64,000 nucleotides of DNA, taken from NCBI GenBank assembly GCA_036500405.1, contig DASYCD010000256.1, forward strand, positions 5,816-69,815, written 5' to 3'. Shown piece after piece: positions 18,116 through 27,285 of this stretch. The first letter of the stretch is position 1, and every line of letters begins with the position of its first letter. Made by a program: the position numbers and the translations under genes. Origin of the DNA: Bryobacteraceae bacterium (GTDB lineage Bacteria; Acidobacteriota; Terriglobia; Bryobacterales; Bryobacteraceae). Under the pieces are notes generated by a model. It did no database searches, was not told where the DNA came from, and saw only the letters and a list, made by a program, of their open reading frames with translations.

Positions 18116-19651
18116 CTACTTCTTTGAGAGCCGCTCGATTTCCGCGCCCAGCTGGCGGCGGACATCTTCTATCGCGCTGCCTTTCTGACTCCAGTGAGTC
18201 CAGTCCGGGGCGACGGTGTGGATTTTTTCGAGGGCCCAGTCGGTGCGGCCGAGATGGCGGAGCATTGCGACGTATTCGTAATCCTGCACGCCTTCGCGAA
18301 GCTGCTTGAGACGTATGGAAGGGACAATGCCGTCGACGCCAGCGGGCCCGCCAGGGTAGACCAGCATGCCATCGCCTGGATAATTGCCGGGGCTGAAGAC
18401 GCCCTGGTTGTTGACATTTTTCCAGGGGTCGCCGTCCCAGCGATCGATACGCCAGTAGAGGAGTCCGCTCAGGCCGTAGGTCTGGCTAAGGAAGCCCGCC
18501 TGGATGCGGTAGTCGATAGGATCGTAGTCGATCAGCCACTTCGGTGAATACGAATCCTGAATGAGCGCGTTGTATGACCAGATCTCGGCGCCGTGCGTTC
18601 GGGCTTGCGCGATAGCGGAAGTGGCGTATTCCCACTGCATGGGGAGCAGGACCCAAATGTCAACAGCGTCTAACAACTCCGGCGTGGGGCCCATCACGAC
18701 GAGATTTTTGATGTGCGCCTGGTGCAGGACGCGGCCCCAGGCTTCAATCTCCGGATAGAGATTTTTGCACTTGCCGACCTCATCCGCCGTGTAATTGAAA
18801 AGCGTGAGGTCTTTGTCGTGCGCGGCGACGGTCGTGGCCAGATCGCGCAGACTGGGCGGCGGCTTCATGGAACAGTTGGAAGCATCGGCGCCGCTCCAGA
18901 AGCCGGTGTCGCTCATGCGAAGGCCGCCCGAAGCCTGGAGGCTGCGTTCGAGCGCGGCATCGGCCTTCCCCGCCCCGTGCTGCGGCATGAGTTTGTGGCG
19001 CAGGAGTTCCTCGACATCCGCCTTGCCATGCGGATTCCAGAAGGCGAAGCTCGATTGCAGCGAAGGCTTCAGAGGAACAGTGAAGTCCCAGACGGAGAGC
19101 GTGAAGGGCAGATCCGTTTTGCCGCGGTTCGTCGACAGCGTGATGGAACCGTGATAATCGCCCGGGACGGCGTTGCGCGGTACGAAGACGTCAACCCAGA
19201 GTGTGGCAGGCTCGGTTTGGGTGGGTTCGAAAGGCGCGGCGCGATACGTTCCGGTTTTGTGAAAGGGGATGAGAGCGTCCGGATACCAGCCGGCGCCGAG
19301 AGAGCGGTTTGAGCCGTGTCGATCCGGGCTCGGGGTATCGACGTGAACGTAATGCTCACGATAGAGCGCGACGCTCGATGCAGGGATCTGGTGCTGATGG
19401 GCGTCGGTGAGCGATGACGCCGCGGCATCCAGAAACGTAACTCCCGGCGCCGGCGACGTCAGCGTGATCTGGAACGCTTCGTATTCTCCGCGCGCGCCGT
19501 ACAAGTGCGTGGCGGATTGCGCAGAAACAGAGTGGCCGGGAATGGCGCGTTCGTATTCCGGAAACGCCTGCCAGACAACGGCCTGCGGCGCGGCGGGCTG
19601 GGCACAGAGATAAGAGAGCGACAGCGCAGCGATGGGCAGGAGCTTACGCAC
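18116..19651 (-). CDS. DUF4091-type (glycoside-hydrolase-like) secreted protein
   Basis: The C-terminal pattern WSYNALIQDSYSPKWLIDYDPIDYRIQAGF...GLLYWRIDRW resembles DUF4091 proteins. The start was trimmed to GTG 19651 (VRKLLPIAALSL, a signal peptide). Confidence 0.6.
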   Translation of the reverse strand: MRKLLPIAALSLSYLCAQPAAPQAVVWQAFPEYERAIPGHSVSAQSATHLYGARGEYEAFQITLTSPAPGVTFLDAAASSLTDAHQHQIPASSVALYREHYVHVDTPSPDRHGSNRSLGAGWYPDALIPFHKTGTYRAAPFEPTQTEPATLWVDVFVPRNAVPGDYHGSITLSTNRGKTDLPFTLSVWDFTVPLKPSLQSSFAFWNPHGKADVEELLRHKLMPQHGAGKADAALERSLQASGGLRMSDTGFWSGADASNCSMKPPPSLRDLATTVAAHDKDLTLFNYTADEVGKCKNLYPEIEAWGRVLHQAHIKNLVVMGPTPELLDAVDIWVLLPMQWEYATSAIAQARTHGAEIWSYNALIQDSYSPKWLIDYDPIDYRIQAGFLSQTYGLSGLLYWRIDRWDGDPWKNVNNQGVFSPGNYPGDGMLVYPGGPAGVDGIVPSIRLKQLREGVQDYEYVAMLRHLGRTDWALEKIHTVAPDWTHWSQKGSAIEDVRRQLGAEIERLSKK

Positions 19652-20498
19652 TGGCGGCGGGTCCCGACGATCCGGGATGCAATTGTTCTTTTGACCATGC
19701 CGCGGTATGCAGACCACGGCGGAAACTTTCGACGTTCAGCAAATCTTCGAGGCGGACATCGCAGAGATGTACTTCCCGGCCGAAATGCTGGAGCAGCGAA
19801 TACTGCGTGCAGGGATCCGGCGCGGAGAAGGTCATCATATCGAGGCCGAAAGCGTGAACGAGACGTTCGGCGAAAACGGGATTGAAATGACCGAGCGGAT
19901 CGTAGTAGCCGGTGCCGCGCTCGGCATCGCCCGCAGGCGCGGCGATCTGGACGGCTCCGGCGTTGAGCCAGCTATCGCCCTGATCGATCATCTGCTCGAC
20001 TGTCTCACTGGCGGCGAAACGCCCGCCCAACTCGAACTGGACTTCGAGACCGCGGGCATGCGCCATCTTGACGACGAGCGAAGGACGCATCGGCAGGTCC
20101 GTGTGGCTCTCGCCGCATTCGACGCGAACCACGCCGAAATCAGCGCAGAGATCGAGATAAGACTCGATCAGGCCCTGGGCAACGGCAATCTGGAAGAGGC
20201 CGTTCCCCGTGACGGTGGGAACGCTGTGCGCCGCGGCAGCCGCCACTTTGCGGCGGGTCACCGTTTCATCGGCGATGATCCAGCACGCCATGGATATCTT
20301 CAGAACCTCCATGAGATTCGCGCTCTGCGCCAGGTGACCTTCCACCGTGGAAAGATCGTAGCCCGGGTCAAAGGGCGAAGTGCATGGACGAAGCTGAGGT
20401 ACGCCGATCTGGTGCAAATACTCCGTTGCTGTAATGTGGCCTCTGACCGGAAGTGACTCTGGCGCCGTTGCTTTCCTCGCAAGGACTACGGTGGGCAT
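19644..20498 (-). CDS. Phosphosulfolactate synthase (ComA) family protein
   Basis: These blocks align by eye with archaeal ComA: LKISMACWII, TGNGLFQIAVAQGLIESYLDLCADFGVVRVECGES and MTFSAPDPCTQYSLLQHFGREVHLCDVRLEDLLNVESFRRGL. Confidence 0.6.
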   Translation of the reverse strand: MPTVVLARKATAPESLPVRGHITATEYLHQIGVPQLRPCTSPFDPGYDLSTVEGHLAQSANLMEVLKISMACWIIADETVTRRKVAAAAAHSVPTVTGNGLFQIAVAQGLIESYLDLCADFGVVRVECGESHTDLPMRPSLVVKMAHARGLEVQFELGGRFAASETVEQMIDQGDSWLNAGAVQIAAPAGDAERGTGYYDPLGHFNPVFAERLVHAFGLDMMTFSAPDPCTQYSLLQHFGREVHLCDVRLEDLLNVESFRRGLHTAAWSKEQLHPGSSGPAASA

Positions 20499-20551
20499 TA
20501 GTCAGTTCCTGAAGATCGATTTCATGAGATGGCCGTTCTTCCGCCGGCCCG

Positions 20552-21565
20552 TTAGTACTGGCCAGCGCCAATCATCTGCCCTGGCAGCGGCGGCGCCGGA
20601 CTGGCGTCCGGGAAACCGGCGCGTTCCGCGAGCGCCTCCATGCGGGTGGAAAGCTGGGCCATCGTCAGAATCGAGACGTCACCCTTCTGGCGCGCGTGCG
20701 CCAGCCTTTCAACCAGCGAATCAAACAATTTATAGCCGCGCGGCGACTCGGCCAGGTTCACCGGATGCAGGCCGAAGTGAAAGACGCCGCGATGCCTGGC
20801 AGCGGCTTCGATGCCCTTTTCAAAGCGATCCAGCCTGGTCTGATGGTCGATAATGCGGCTGCGCGCTTCGCCGATCGGATAGAGAAACATGGACGCCGGA
20901 ATGTTCCAGAGTCCCGGCATTTTCTGTTGCGGCCAGACGAGAGGCGGCACAGCGCGCCCAAGCTCATCCATCACGCGAAGAACAGCGCCCGGGATGGTGC
21001 GGCCCATCTTTTCGGAAAGAGTCGGAGCCGTACCCCGATAGCAGCGCAATCCGGCATCGGCGAGCAGAGTATGGTGCCGCTCGAGATTGCGCGGAAACGA
21101 GAAGGACGCGGGTTGCGCGCCTGCATCGCGCAGCGCGGTCAGCCCGCCTTCGAGCTCCGCTTTCGCGACAGAGGGAACCGAGTGGCGATCCGTCCAGATG
21201 AGATGCGACAGGCCGCCGTGGAGACCGATGTCCTGCGGGACGGAAGCGTTCGCGAGATGGCGGATGAACGAGCGGCGATACCACAGGGGCGACGTCAATT
21301 CGTTACCGGCAGGGATGCGTTCCCGCCAGGCGGCCGGAAGGCCTTTCATGCGGGCGTCCGCCCCGCCCCGGCACTCGCTGAGCGCCATGCCTCCCACTAC
21401 CAGCCACGTGGCGCTCACGCCGGAATTGCAGAATGAGCGCAGCACGTGATCGTAAGAGGCGCGAGCGTTCGGATAGCGCGCGTTGAACCGCTTTTCATCC
21501 AGCATATCGAGATGACCCCAGAGCATTTCCGCGTCAAGCGAAAGCACCACCGCTCCCTGGTCCAT
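20552..21565 (-). CDS. Polysaccharide deacetylase family (CE4-like) protein
   Basis: VVLSLDAEMLWGH, ATWLVVGG and GLHGGLSH motifs are present. The start was trimmed to ATG 21565 to avoid overlap with the upstream gene. The start remains uncertain. Confidence 0.6.
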   Translation of the reverse strand: MDQGAVVLSLDAEMLWGHLDMLDEKRFNARYPNARASYDHVLRSFCNSGVSATWLVVGGMALSECRGGADARMKGLPAAWRERIPAGNELTSPLWYRRSFIRHLANASVPQDIGLHGGLSHLIWTDRHSVPSVAKAELEGGLTALRDAGAQPASFSFPRNLERHHTLLADAGLRCYRGTAPTLSEKMGRTIPGAVLRVMDELGRAVPPLVWPQQKMPGLWNIPASMFLYPIGEARSRIIDHQTRLDRFEKGIEAAARHRGVFHFGLHPVNLAESPRGYKLFDSLVERLAHARQKGDVSILTMAQLSTRMEALAERAGFPDASPAPPLPGQMIGAGQY

Positions 21566-21629
21566 CACGAAGGTCGGATTTTCTTTGGCCTTCAGCACAG
21601 TAGCCAACTTGTCTCCCTGGGTGAACGCT

Positions 21630-23267
21630 CTATCTGGCGCCGGCGACAGCGGGCTCGGCAACGAGATTCGCCGTATCCGAGCTGAACGGTTCGCAGGGCG
21701 CGGAGAAGGCCGCCATGACTTTGGCGTCCATCTCGTCCGTGCGAGTCGAAACACCGATCGCTTTCAGGAACTTCTTGTTGTCGTAGCTGATGTCGCGGTA
21801 GTCAGCTACCTTGCCGTCTTCGAACGCCTGCTTCATTTCGCGAATACCGTCATCGAGATTCAGGCTGCAATCGAAGCCGAGCTGGCTCTGAATCTTTTTG
21901 AATGACACGCGATAGTTGCGGCGGTCGGCGTTTTCGACATGCTCGACCTGGGTGTTGGGGAAGTGTTCACGAATTTTCGCGGCGACGTCGCCCAGAGTGT
22001 AGTTCAGATCGGGGCTGCCAACGTTGAAGACCTGACCGCTGACGAGTCCGAGCGGCGCATTCATCACGTGAGCGCAGGCGGCGGCGATGTCGCGCACATG
22101 GATGAACGGACGCCATTGCGTGCCATTGAAGATCGTGATGGAACCTTCCTGATGAGCCTTCGCGGAGAGCAGGTTCACCACGAGATCGAAGCGCGGACGG
22201 AACGAGAAGCCAAAGACTGTCGCGAAGCGCAGAATCGTCGGGTGGAAATATTCGTTGCGCGCCCGCAGCAGAGCCTGTTCGGAATCCACTTTCGTCTGAG
22301 CGTAGAGCGAGATCGGGCAAACGGCCGAAGTTTCATCCGCCAGTTCGTCCGTAGCGCCGTAGACGCTGCAGCTTGAGGCGAAGATGAAGCGCTTAATGCG
22401 GAAGCCCTTCGCGACTTCAATCAGCATGCGGGTAGCGGCGTAGTTCGTTTCGAGCGCGGTCTGGCGGTCTTCTTCGCAGGCGGGGTCGCCGACGATCGCG
22501 GCCAGATCGATGATGGTGCTGGTTCCCTTGACGGCGCGCACGACGGTCTGAATGTTGCGGCAATCGCCGACAATCAACTGAAAGTTCGGGTGATTGAGAA
22601 CCTCTTCGATTGCGGTGTAGCCGTATACCAGGCTGTCCAGCACGCGGACTTTGTGACCAGCCTCCAGCAACTGGCGCACAAGGATAGAGCCAATGTAACC
22701 GGCGCCGCCTACGACGAGAACAGGACCCGCTTCATTACTGCCGCGGGACTTTCTGGGAGAGGGAGATTCCGTTTCTTTCGGCCGCTTCTCAAAGAACGGG
22801 GCGGCAATCATGGCGCCCGTCACAAGGACCGAGAACCAGATCACAACGCTGCGCGAAACGAGATCGTCGCGGAACATCAGGTAATTCGCAGCCAGAAAGA
22901 AAAGGAGCGAGAGGCCGGCACCGCGCAGGATGGTGTTGACGCGATAGCGGATCGTGTAAAAGCCCGAACGCTCATAGACACCAACCATCAGGAAAACCAG
23001 AGGAAACACAAGTGACAGCGGCCAGAAAAAGTGGCCATAGTAGTGGGGAAAATACTCGGCGACGGTGCGAGCCGTGTCCGTCCTTCCCATCACCGTGTAC
23101 GAAGTCACCGCCGCGGCGAGAGCCACGAGCAGGCACGCGTGAATCACCAGAAAGTCTGTAAGCATCCTCCAGGAAGCAGATCGAAAGGGCGTCCGCCGAA
23201 TTGCATCAAGCATTGTCTTATTTTTTTCCTTGTCCCGATTCAAAATTCGTTTGCGTTTACCGGTCAC
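21630..23267 (-). CDS. Membrane-anchored extended-SDR NAD-dependent sugar epimerase/dehydratase
   Basis: About 170 aa with four TM helices are followed by VVGGAGYIGS (Rossmann motif), SSCSVYG and YAQTK (YxxxK). The GTG start overlaps the aminotransferase stop (GTGA). An internal ATG at 23216 is also possible. Confidence 0.8.
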   Translation of the reverse strand: MTGKRKRILNRDKEKNKTMLDAIRRTPFRSASWRMLTDFLVIHACLLVALAAAVTSYTVMGRTDTARTVAEYFPHYYGHFFWPLSLVFPLVFLMVGVYERSGFYTIRYRVNTILRGAGLSLLFFLAANYLMFRDDLVSRSVVIWFSVLVTGAMIAAPFFEKRPKETESPSPRKSRGSNEAGPVLVVGGAGYIGSILVRQLLEAGHKVRVLDSLVYGYTAIEEVLNHPNFQLIVGDCRNIQTVVRAVKGTSTIIDLAAIVGDPACEEDRQTALETNYAATRMLIEVAKGFRIKRFIFASSCSVYGATDELADETSAVCPISLYAQTKVDSEQALLRARNEYFHPTILRFATVFGFSFRPRFDLVVNLLSAKAHQEGSITIFNGTQWRPFIHVRDIAAACAHVMNAPLGLVSGQVFNVGSPDLNYTLGDVAAKIREHFPNTQVEHVENADRRNYRVSFKKIQSQLGFDCSLNLDDGIREMKQAFEDGKVADYRDISYDNKKFLKAIGVSTRTDEMDAKVMAAFSAPCEPFSSDTANLVAEPAVAGAR

Positions 23268-24466
23268 GCCACAGCGAGAGTTAACGACGGAGCAGGCGAT
23301 TCCGAATTCCGCCGCGAGGCGCCGATGACTTCGTGAACCGCTTCGATTACGTCCTCCACATCACGGTCCGACATCGCCGGGTAACACGGCAGCGAAACCA
23401 GCCCATGGTACCGGCGTTCCGCTACAGGGAACATTGCAGGTGTATAGCCAAGCTGTTCACTGTAGTAAGGATGCCGATGAACCGGGATAAAATGTACGCT
23501 CGTACCAATTCGCGCCTGCTTCAGCGCGTCGATGAAGGCGTCACGATCCAGGTTTGTGACTTCCCTGCGAATCTGCACAGCGTACAAATGATACGTATGG
23601 TTCCTCCCCTCCATCTCTTCGGGGAGCCGCAGTTCAGGGTACGCAGCGAAGGCTTCGTTGTAGCGGGCCGCGATGGCGCGCCGCCGGTCGTTGAATGATT
23701 CGAGCCGCCGAAGCTGATGAATGCCGATGGCAGCCTGCATGTCCATCATGTTGCACTTGAATCCCGCTTCTGTGACCTCGTAATACCACGAGCCGGTCTC
23801 GCCATACCGCTTCCATGCGTCACGATTCATACCGTGGAGCGACAAACGTCGCACATGGTCCGCGAAAGCGTCGTCATTCGTTGTGATCATTCCACCTTCA
23901 CCCGTTGTCATGTTCTTCGTTGCATAGAAGCTGAAGCAGGTGGATAAGCAGTGGGTTCCGATGAGGCGGCCGTGATAACGCGTACCTGCGGCGTGCGCGG
24001 CGTCTTCGACGATTGGAATATTGTGTTGTTGCGCAACGCGGATGATTTCATCCAGATCGCACGCCATGCCGGAATAATGTACCGGAACGATTGCACGCGT
24101 GCGGGGAGTAATTGCACGAGCAACCGCCTGGGGATCGACCTGCAGATATTCGTTCACATCGACCAGAACGGGTTTCGCGCCTGTGTGCACCACCACATTT
24201 GCGGTGGCGCAGAAAGTCATTGTGGGCACGATCACTTCATCGCCGGGACCGATACCGAGCGCCATCAACGAGAGGTGAAGAGCCGCCGTGCAGGAGCCGA
24301 CTGCGATCGCATGACGAGCTCCCACGTATTCCGCGAACTCAGTTTCGAAGCGCTTCACTTTGGGTCCAGTGGTGAGCCAACCCCCGCGAAGGCTATCGAC
24401 GACTTCGTTGATTTCATCCTCTCCGATAGACGGCAGCCCATAAGGCAGAAATGCAGTGCGTGTCAT
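23264..24466 (-). CDS. DegT/DnrJ/EryC1/StrS-family sugar aminotransferase
   Basis: The N terminus is LPYGLPSIGEDEINEVVDSLRGGWLTTGPKV. It also has AVGSCTAALH and FYATKNMTTGEGG (PLP lysine). Confidence 0.9.
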   Translation of the reverse strand: MTRTAFLPYGLPSIGEDEINEVVDSLRGGWLTTGPKVKRFETEFAEYVGARHAIAVGSCTAALHLSLMALGIGPGDEVIVPTMTFCATANVVVHTGAKPVLVDVNEYLQVDPQAVARAITPRTRAIVPVHYSGMACDLDEIIRVAQQHNIPIVEDAAHAAGTRYHGRLIGTHCLSTCFSFYATKNMTTGEGGMITTNDDAFADHVRRLSLHGMNRDAWKRYGETGSWYYEVTEAGFKCNMMDMQAAIGIHQLRRLESFNDRRRAIAARYNEAFAAYPELRLPEEMEGRNHTYHLYAVQIRREVTNLDRDAFIDALKQARIGTSVHFIPVHRHPYYSEQLGYTPAMFPVAERRYHGLVSLPCYPAMSDRDVEDVIEAVHEVIGASRRNSESPAPSLTLAVA

Positions 24467-24512
24467 GAATAGAATTCCCCGTTCGACTTATTTTGGTGAA
24501 AAAGAATCGTAG

Positions 24513-25496
24513 CTAAACGATTCGGCGCCAGGTGAGATTGGCGGCGGCCAGGCGGAAACCGCATCGCTCATAAAGCCGCGCAGCAGCGATGTTGCGGAGC
24601 TGCGTACCGACTTCGACGAATGAAACACCCTGAAGCGAAAACCATTCCAGCGCGGCCAGCGTGGCTGCGGACGCAACTCCGCTCTTACGCGCAGTCGCAG
24701 CGGTAGCAACCATACCAATCTCGCCACAACCGATACCAAGCACGCGCGTTGCCTCTTTATCTATGCGGCATGTCACATATCCGAGAACGCGATCACCGGC
24801 GCTGGCGATAATGACGGCATCCGCTATGTGACCAAGACAACTGTTCACGACCCATGTTTCATTGACGCGATCCGCGGTCTCCGTATCGAGCGCCGAGTCA
24901 GCGTGAAAACGATCATGAATGTAAGCAGTGCGCGCGAGTTCCCGTACCTGTGGAAGATCGGATTCACGATACAGACGGAGATTGAAGGGGAGAGATTCTG
25001 TGTTGAATTTGGTCGCTGCGGGAATCTGGAGCGAGAAAGTTTGAATGCCGTCAATGAGATCAAAGTTGTTTCTTCGTAACGCCTCAATCGAAGTGAGATC
25101 GGCGGCATCGACGCGCGCAGCGATGTGGCAAATGCCACGATTACTGCAGGCGAGTACCGCTTCCGATACGAGATCTCGCTTCACCACCGCCGCTTCGCTG
25201 CGCGCGCCGCTTGCGACAAGCAGATCCAGGCGGGCGGCGGGAAAGCCAAACTGCTCCGAATCCCACGCGAGCTCGGTCCAGCAAGCGAGGCCGGCGATTT
25301 CGAAATCGTTACGCGTGCAGATGCGATGTGTACTTTCCCGCATCAGCAGATTATGCATGCGGAGATTTACGAGGGCCTCCACACGGTCTGAAGTGGCAAT
25401 CTGATGCCACGGAGTGTACTGCTGCCTTCCGTGCCTGGCGACAAAGTGTTCCAGCTCTTCTACAGTAGATGCGGGAACCGTTTGGGCCGCGATCAT
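24513..25496 (-). CDS. Two-domain GNAT N-acetyltransferase (WecD-like architecture)
   Basis: The C-terminal GNAT motif is VATAATARKSGVASAATLAALEW...RLYERCGF. The start was trimmed to ATG 25496, which overlaps the upstream stop (ATGA). Confidence 0.7.
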   Translation of the reverse strand: MIAAQTVPASTVEELEHFVARHGRQQYTPWHQIATSDRVEALVNLRMHNLLMRESTHRICTRNDFEIAGLACWTELAWDSEQFGFPAARLDLLVASGARSEAAVVKRDLVSEAVLACSNRGICHIAARVDAADLTSIEALRRNNFDLIDGIQTFSLQIPAATKFNTESLPFNLRLYRESDLPQVRELARTAYIHDRFHADSALDTETADRVNETWVVNSCLGHIADAVIIASAGDRVLGYVTCRIDKEATRVLGIGCGEIGMVATAATARKSGVASAATLAALEWFSLQGVSFVEVGTQLRNIAAARLYERCGFRLAAANLTWRRIV

Positions 25497-27259
25497 AGTG
25501 AGGACTCCTTCTGGCTGTTGTTGGTGTGAATTCCCTGACGGCGCAAAACGAAGCCCACTGTTTGACACAGCACCCGCGCATCGTATGCGAACGACCGGCG
25601 GTCCATGTATTCGACATCGAGCTGGCGTCGACGCTCCCACGGAATTTCGTTGCGGCCGCTGATCTGTGCGAGACCCGTCACGCCAGGCCGCGCGCACAGG
25701 CGCCGCTTATCGGTTTCGGAGTAGAAGCGGATCTGATCAGGTAGTTCCGGACGCGGACCCACCAGGCTCATATCGCCAGTGAAGACGTTGATCAGTTGGG
25801 GAAGCTCATCGAAGCTCGTGCTGCGAAGGAAGTGACCGAGGCGCGTGACCCGCGGATCTTCCGGGGAACTCCAGGCGGAGCCGTCTTCATTGCGGAGGTC
25901 CGGCGCGTTCACAGTCATAGTGCGGAATTTATTCAGCGTGAAGACGCGACCGCCGCGGCCGAGCCGCTTCTGGCGGAACAGTGCGGGCCCAGGCGACGTG
26001 AGACGAATCGCGGCGGCAATCCCGAGAAGCAGAGGGCTCAGAATCACGAGCGCCGCGCCCGAGAGAATTACATCGAGGGTGCGTTTACCGAAGGGCTCGC
26101 GATCGTCACCGGCGACCATGGGAATGCATTCCGAAAGAATTTTGTCGTACTCGGCGCTGTAGCGGTCGAGCATCGCGCGGCTCGTGTACGTGGACTGGAA
26201 TCGAGCAGAAGCCGCCTTCGCGAGCTTCTCGGCGTACGCCGGCTCATTCGCGATCTTCATGATGGCAACGGCGAGCGCGGCCCGATCGCGCGGGGCAATC
26301 AAATGCGCGCATTCGCCCTCCCGCGTCACCTCGCGATTGCTGCCGATGGCGGTCGCGACGATTGGCTTTTCCATCGACATGGCTTCGAGCAGCGCGATGG
26401 AGAGCCCTTCACGCAGGCTGGGTAATGCCACCATGTCCGCAGCCGCGAGAAGATCGCCGACATCTTTGCGGAAGCCGAGGAAGTGAACCACGTCCTGCAG
26501 GCCGAGCCGGGCGGCCTGTTGTTCCAGAGCGCTCTGGATAGGCCCGGTCCCAGGCAGCCAAAGTTTGACGGGCCGTGCAATCTGCCGGCGCACGGTCGCA
26601 ACGGCGGCGAGAAGATCGTCGAGCCCCTTGCCATCAGCAAGACGACCGATAGAGACGATGAGGAAATCGTGCGGGCTCAGGCCAGCCTCCGCACGGGTCG
26701 ATTCCCTGCCCCTGGCAACGGTAATACGCTCCATCGCGATGCCGTTCGGGATTGCGACCATCTTGTTTTCATCGCCGATGCCGAGCGAGAGGCCCCAGCT
26801 GCGATGGAATTCGCTTACAGTAATGATGCGATGACACCAGTTGGCGGCACGGCGCTCAAGAGCGGCGTACACCCGAAGCGCCCACGGCTGCGATTGTTCA
26901 TGAAACGCGAAACCGTGAACGGTGTGGACCACCGCTGGTACGCCGGCCATCTTCGCGGCAAGGCGTCCAACGAATCCGCCCTTGGAGGTGTGAGTGTGAA
27001 CCAGCGTGTAGGGGTTGCGGCGAAGGAATCGGTAAAGACGCCAGAGCCCACGCATATCGCGGAATGGCCGGATGTCACGCCAGATCGCGTCCAGATAGAC
27101 AACACCGATGCCATTCTCTTCGAGAACTTCGATCAGTGCGGGATCCGTGGTGAGTACATCGACCTCCCAGCCAAGATCGCGCGCCATGCGGGCAAGGTCC
27201 AGAATGATGACGGAGCCGCCGCCGAATTTCGATTCTCCGACGACGTGGAGCAGTTTCAT
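25493..27259 (-). CDS. Fusion of a GT4 glycosyltransferase and a PglC-type (small monotopic) phosphoglycosyl transferase
   Basis: The N-terminal GT-B part has [18 protein letters not shown] (E-X7-E). The C-terminal 200 aa read [20 protein letters not shown]...FRQKRLG...FTLNKFRTM...SFDELPQL...SLVGPRP. Confidence 0.85.
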   Translation of the reverse strand: MKLLHVVGESKFGGGSVIILDLARMARDLGWEVDVLTTDPALIEVLEENGIGVVYLDAIWRDIRPFRDMRGLWRLYRFLRRNPYTLVHTHTSKGGFVGRLAAKMAGVPAVVHTVHGFAFHEQSQPWALRVYAALERRAANWCHRIITVSEFHRSWGLSLGIGDENKMVAIPNGIAMERITVARGRESTRAEAGLSPHDFLIVSIGRLADGKGLDDLLAAVATVRRQIARPVKLWLPGTGPIQSALEQQAARLGLQDVVHFLGFRKDVGDLLAAADMVALPSLREGLSIALLEAMSMEKPIVATAIGSNREVTREGECAHLIAPRDRAALAVAIMKIANEPAYAEKLAKAASARFQSTYTSRAMLDRYSAEYDKILSECIPMVAGDDREPFGKRTLDVILSGAALVILSPLLLGIAAAIRLTSPGPALFRQKRLGRGGRVFTLNKFRTMTVNAPDLRNEDGSAWSSPEDPRVTRLGHFLRSTSFDELPQLINVFTGDMSLVGPRPELPDQIRFYSETDKRRLCARPGVTGLAQISGRNEIPWERRRQLDVEYMDRRSFAYDARVLCQTVGFVLRRQGIHTNNSQKESSL

Positions 27260-27285
27260 AGTGCTTTCGATTCCTCAGAGCGCTG

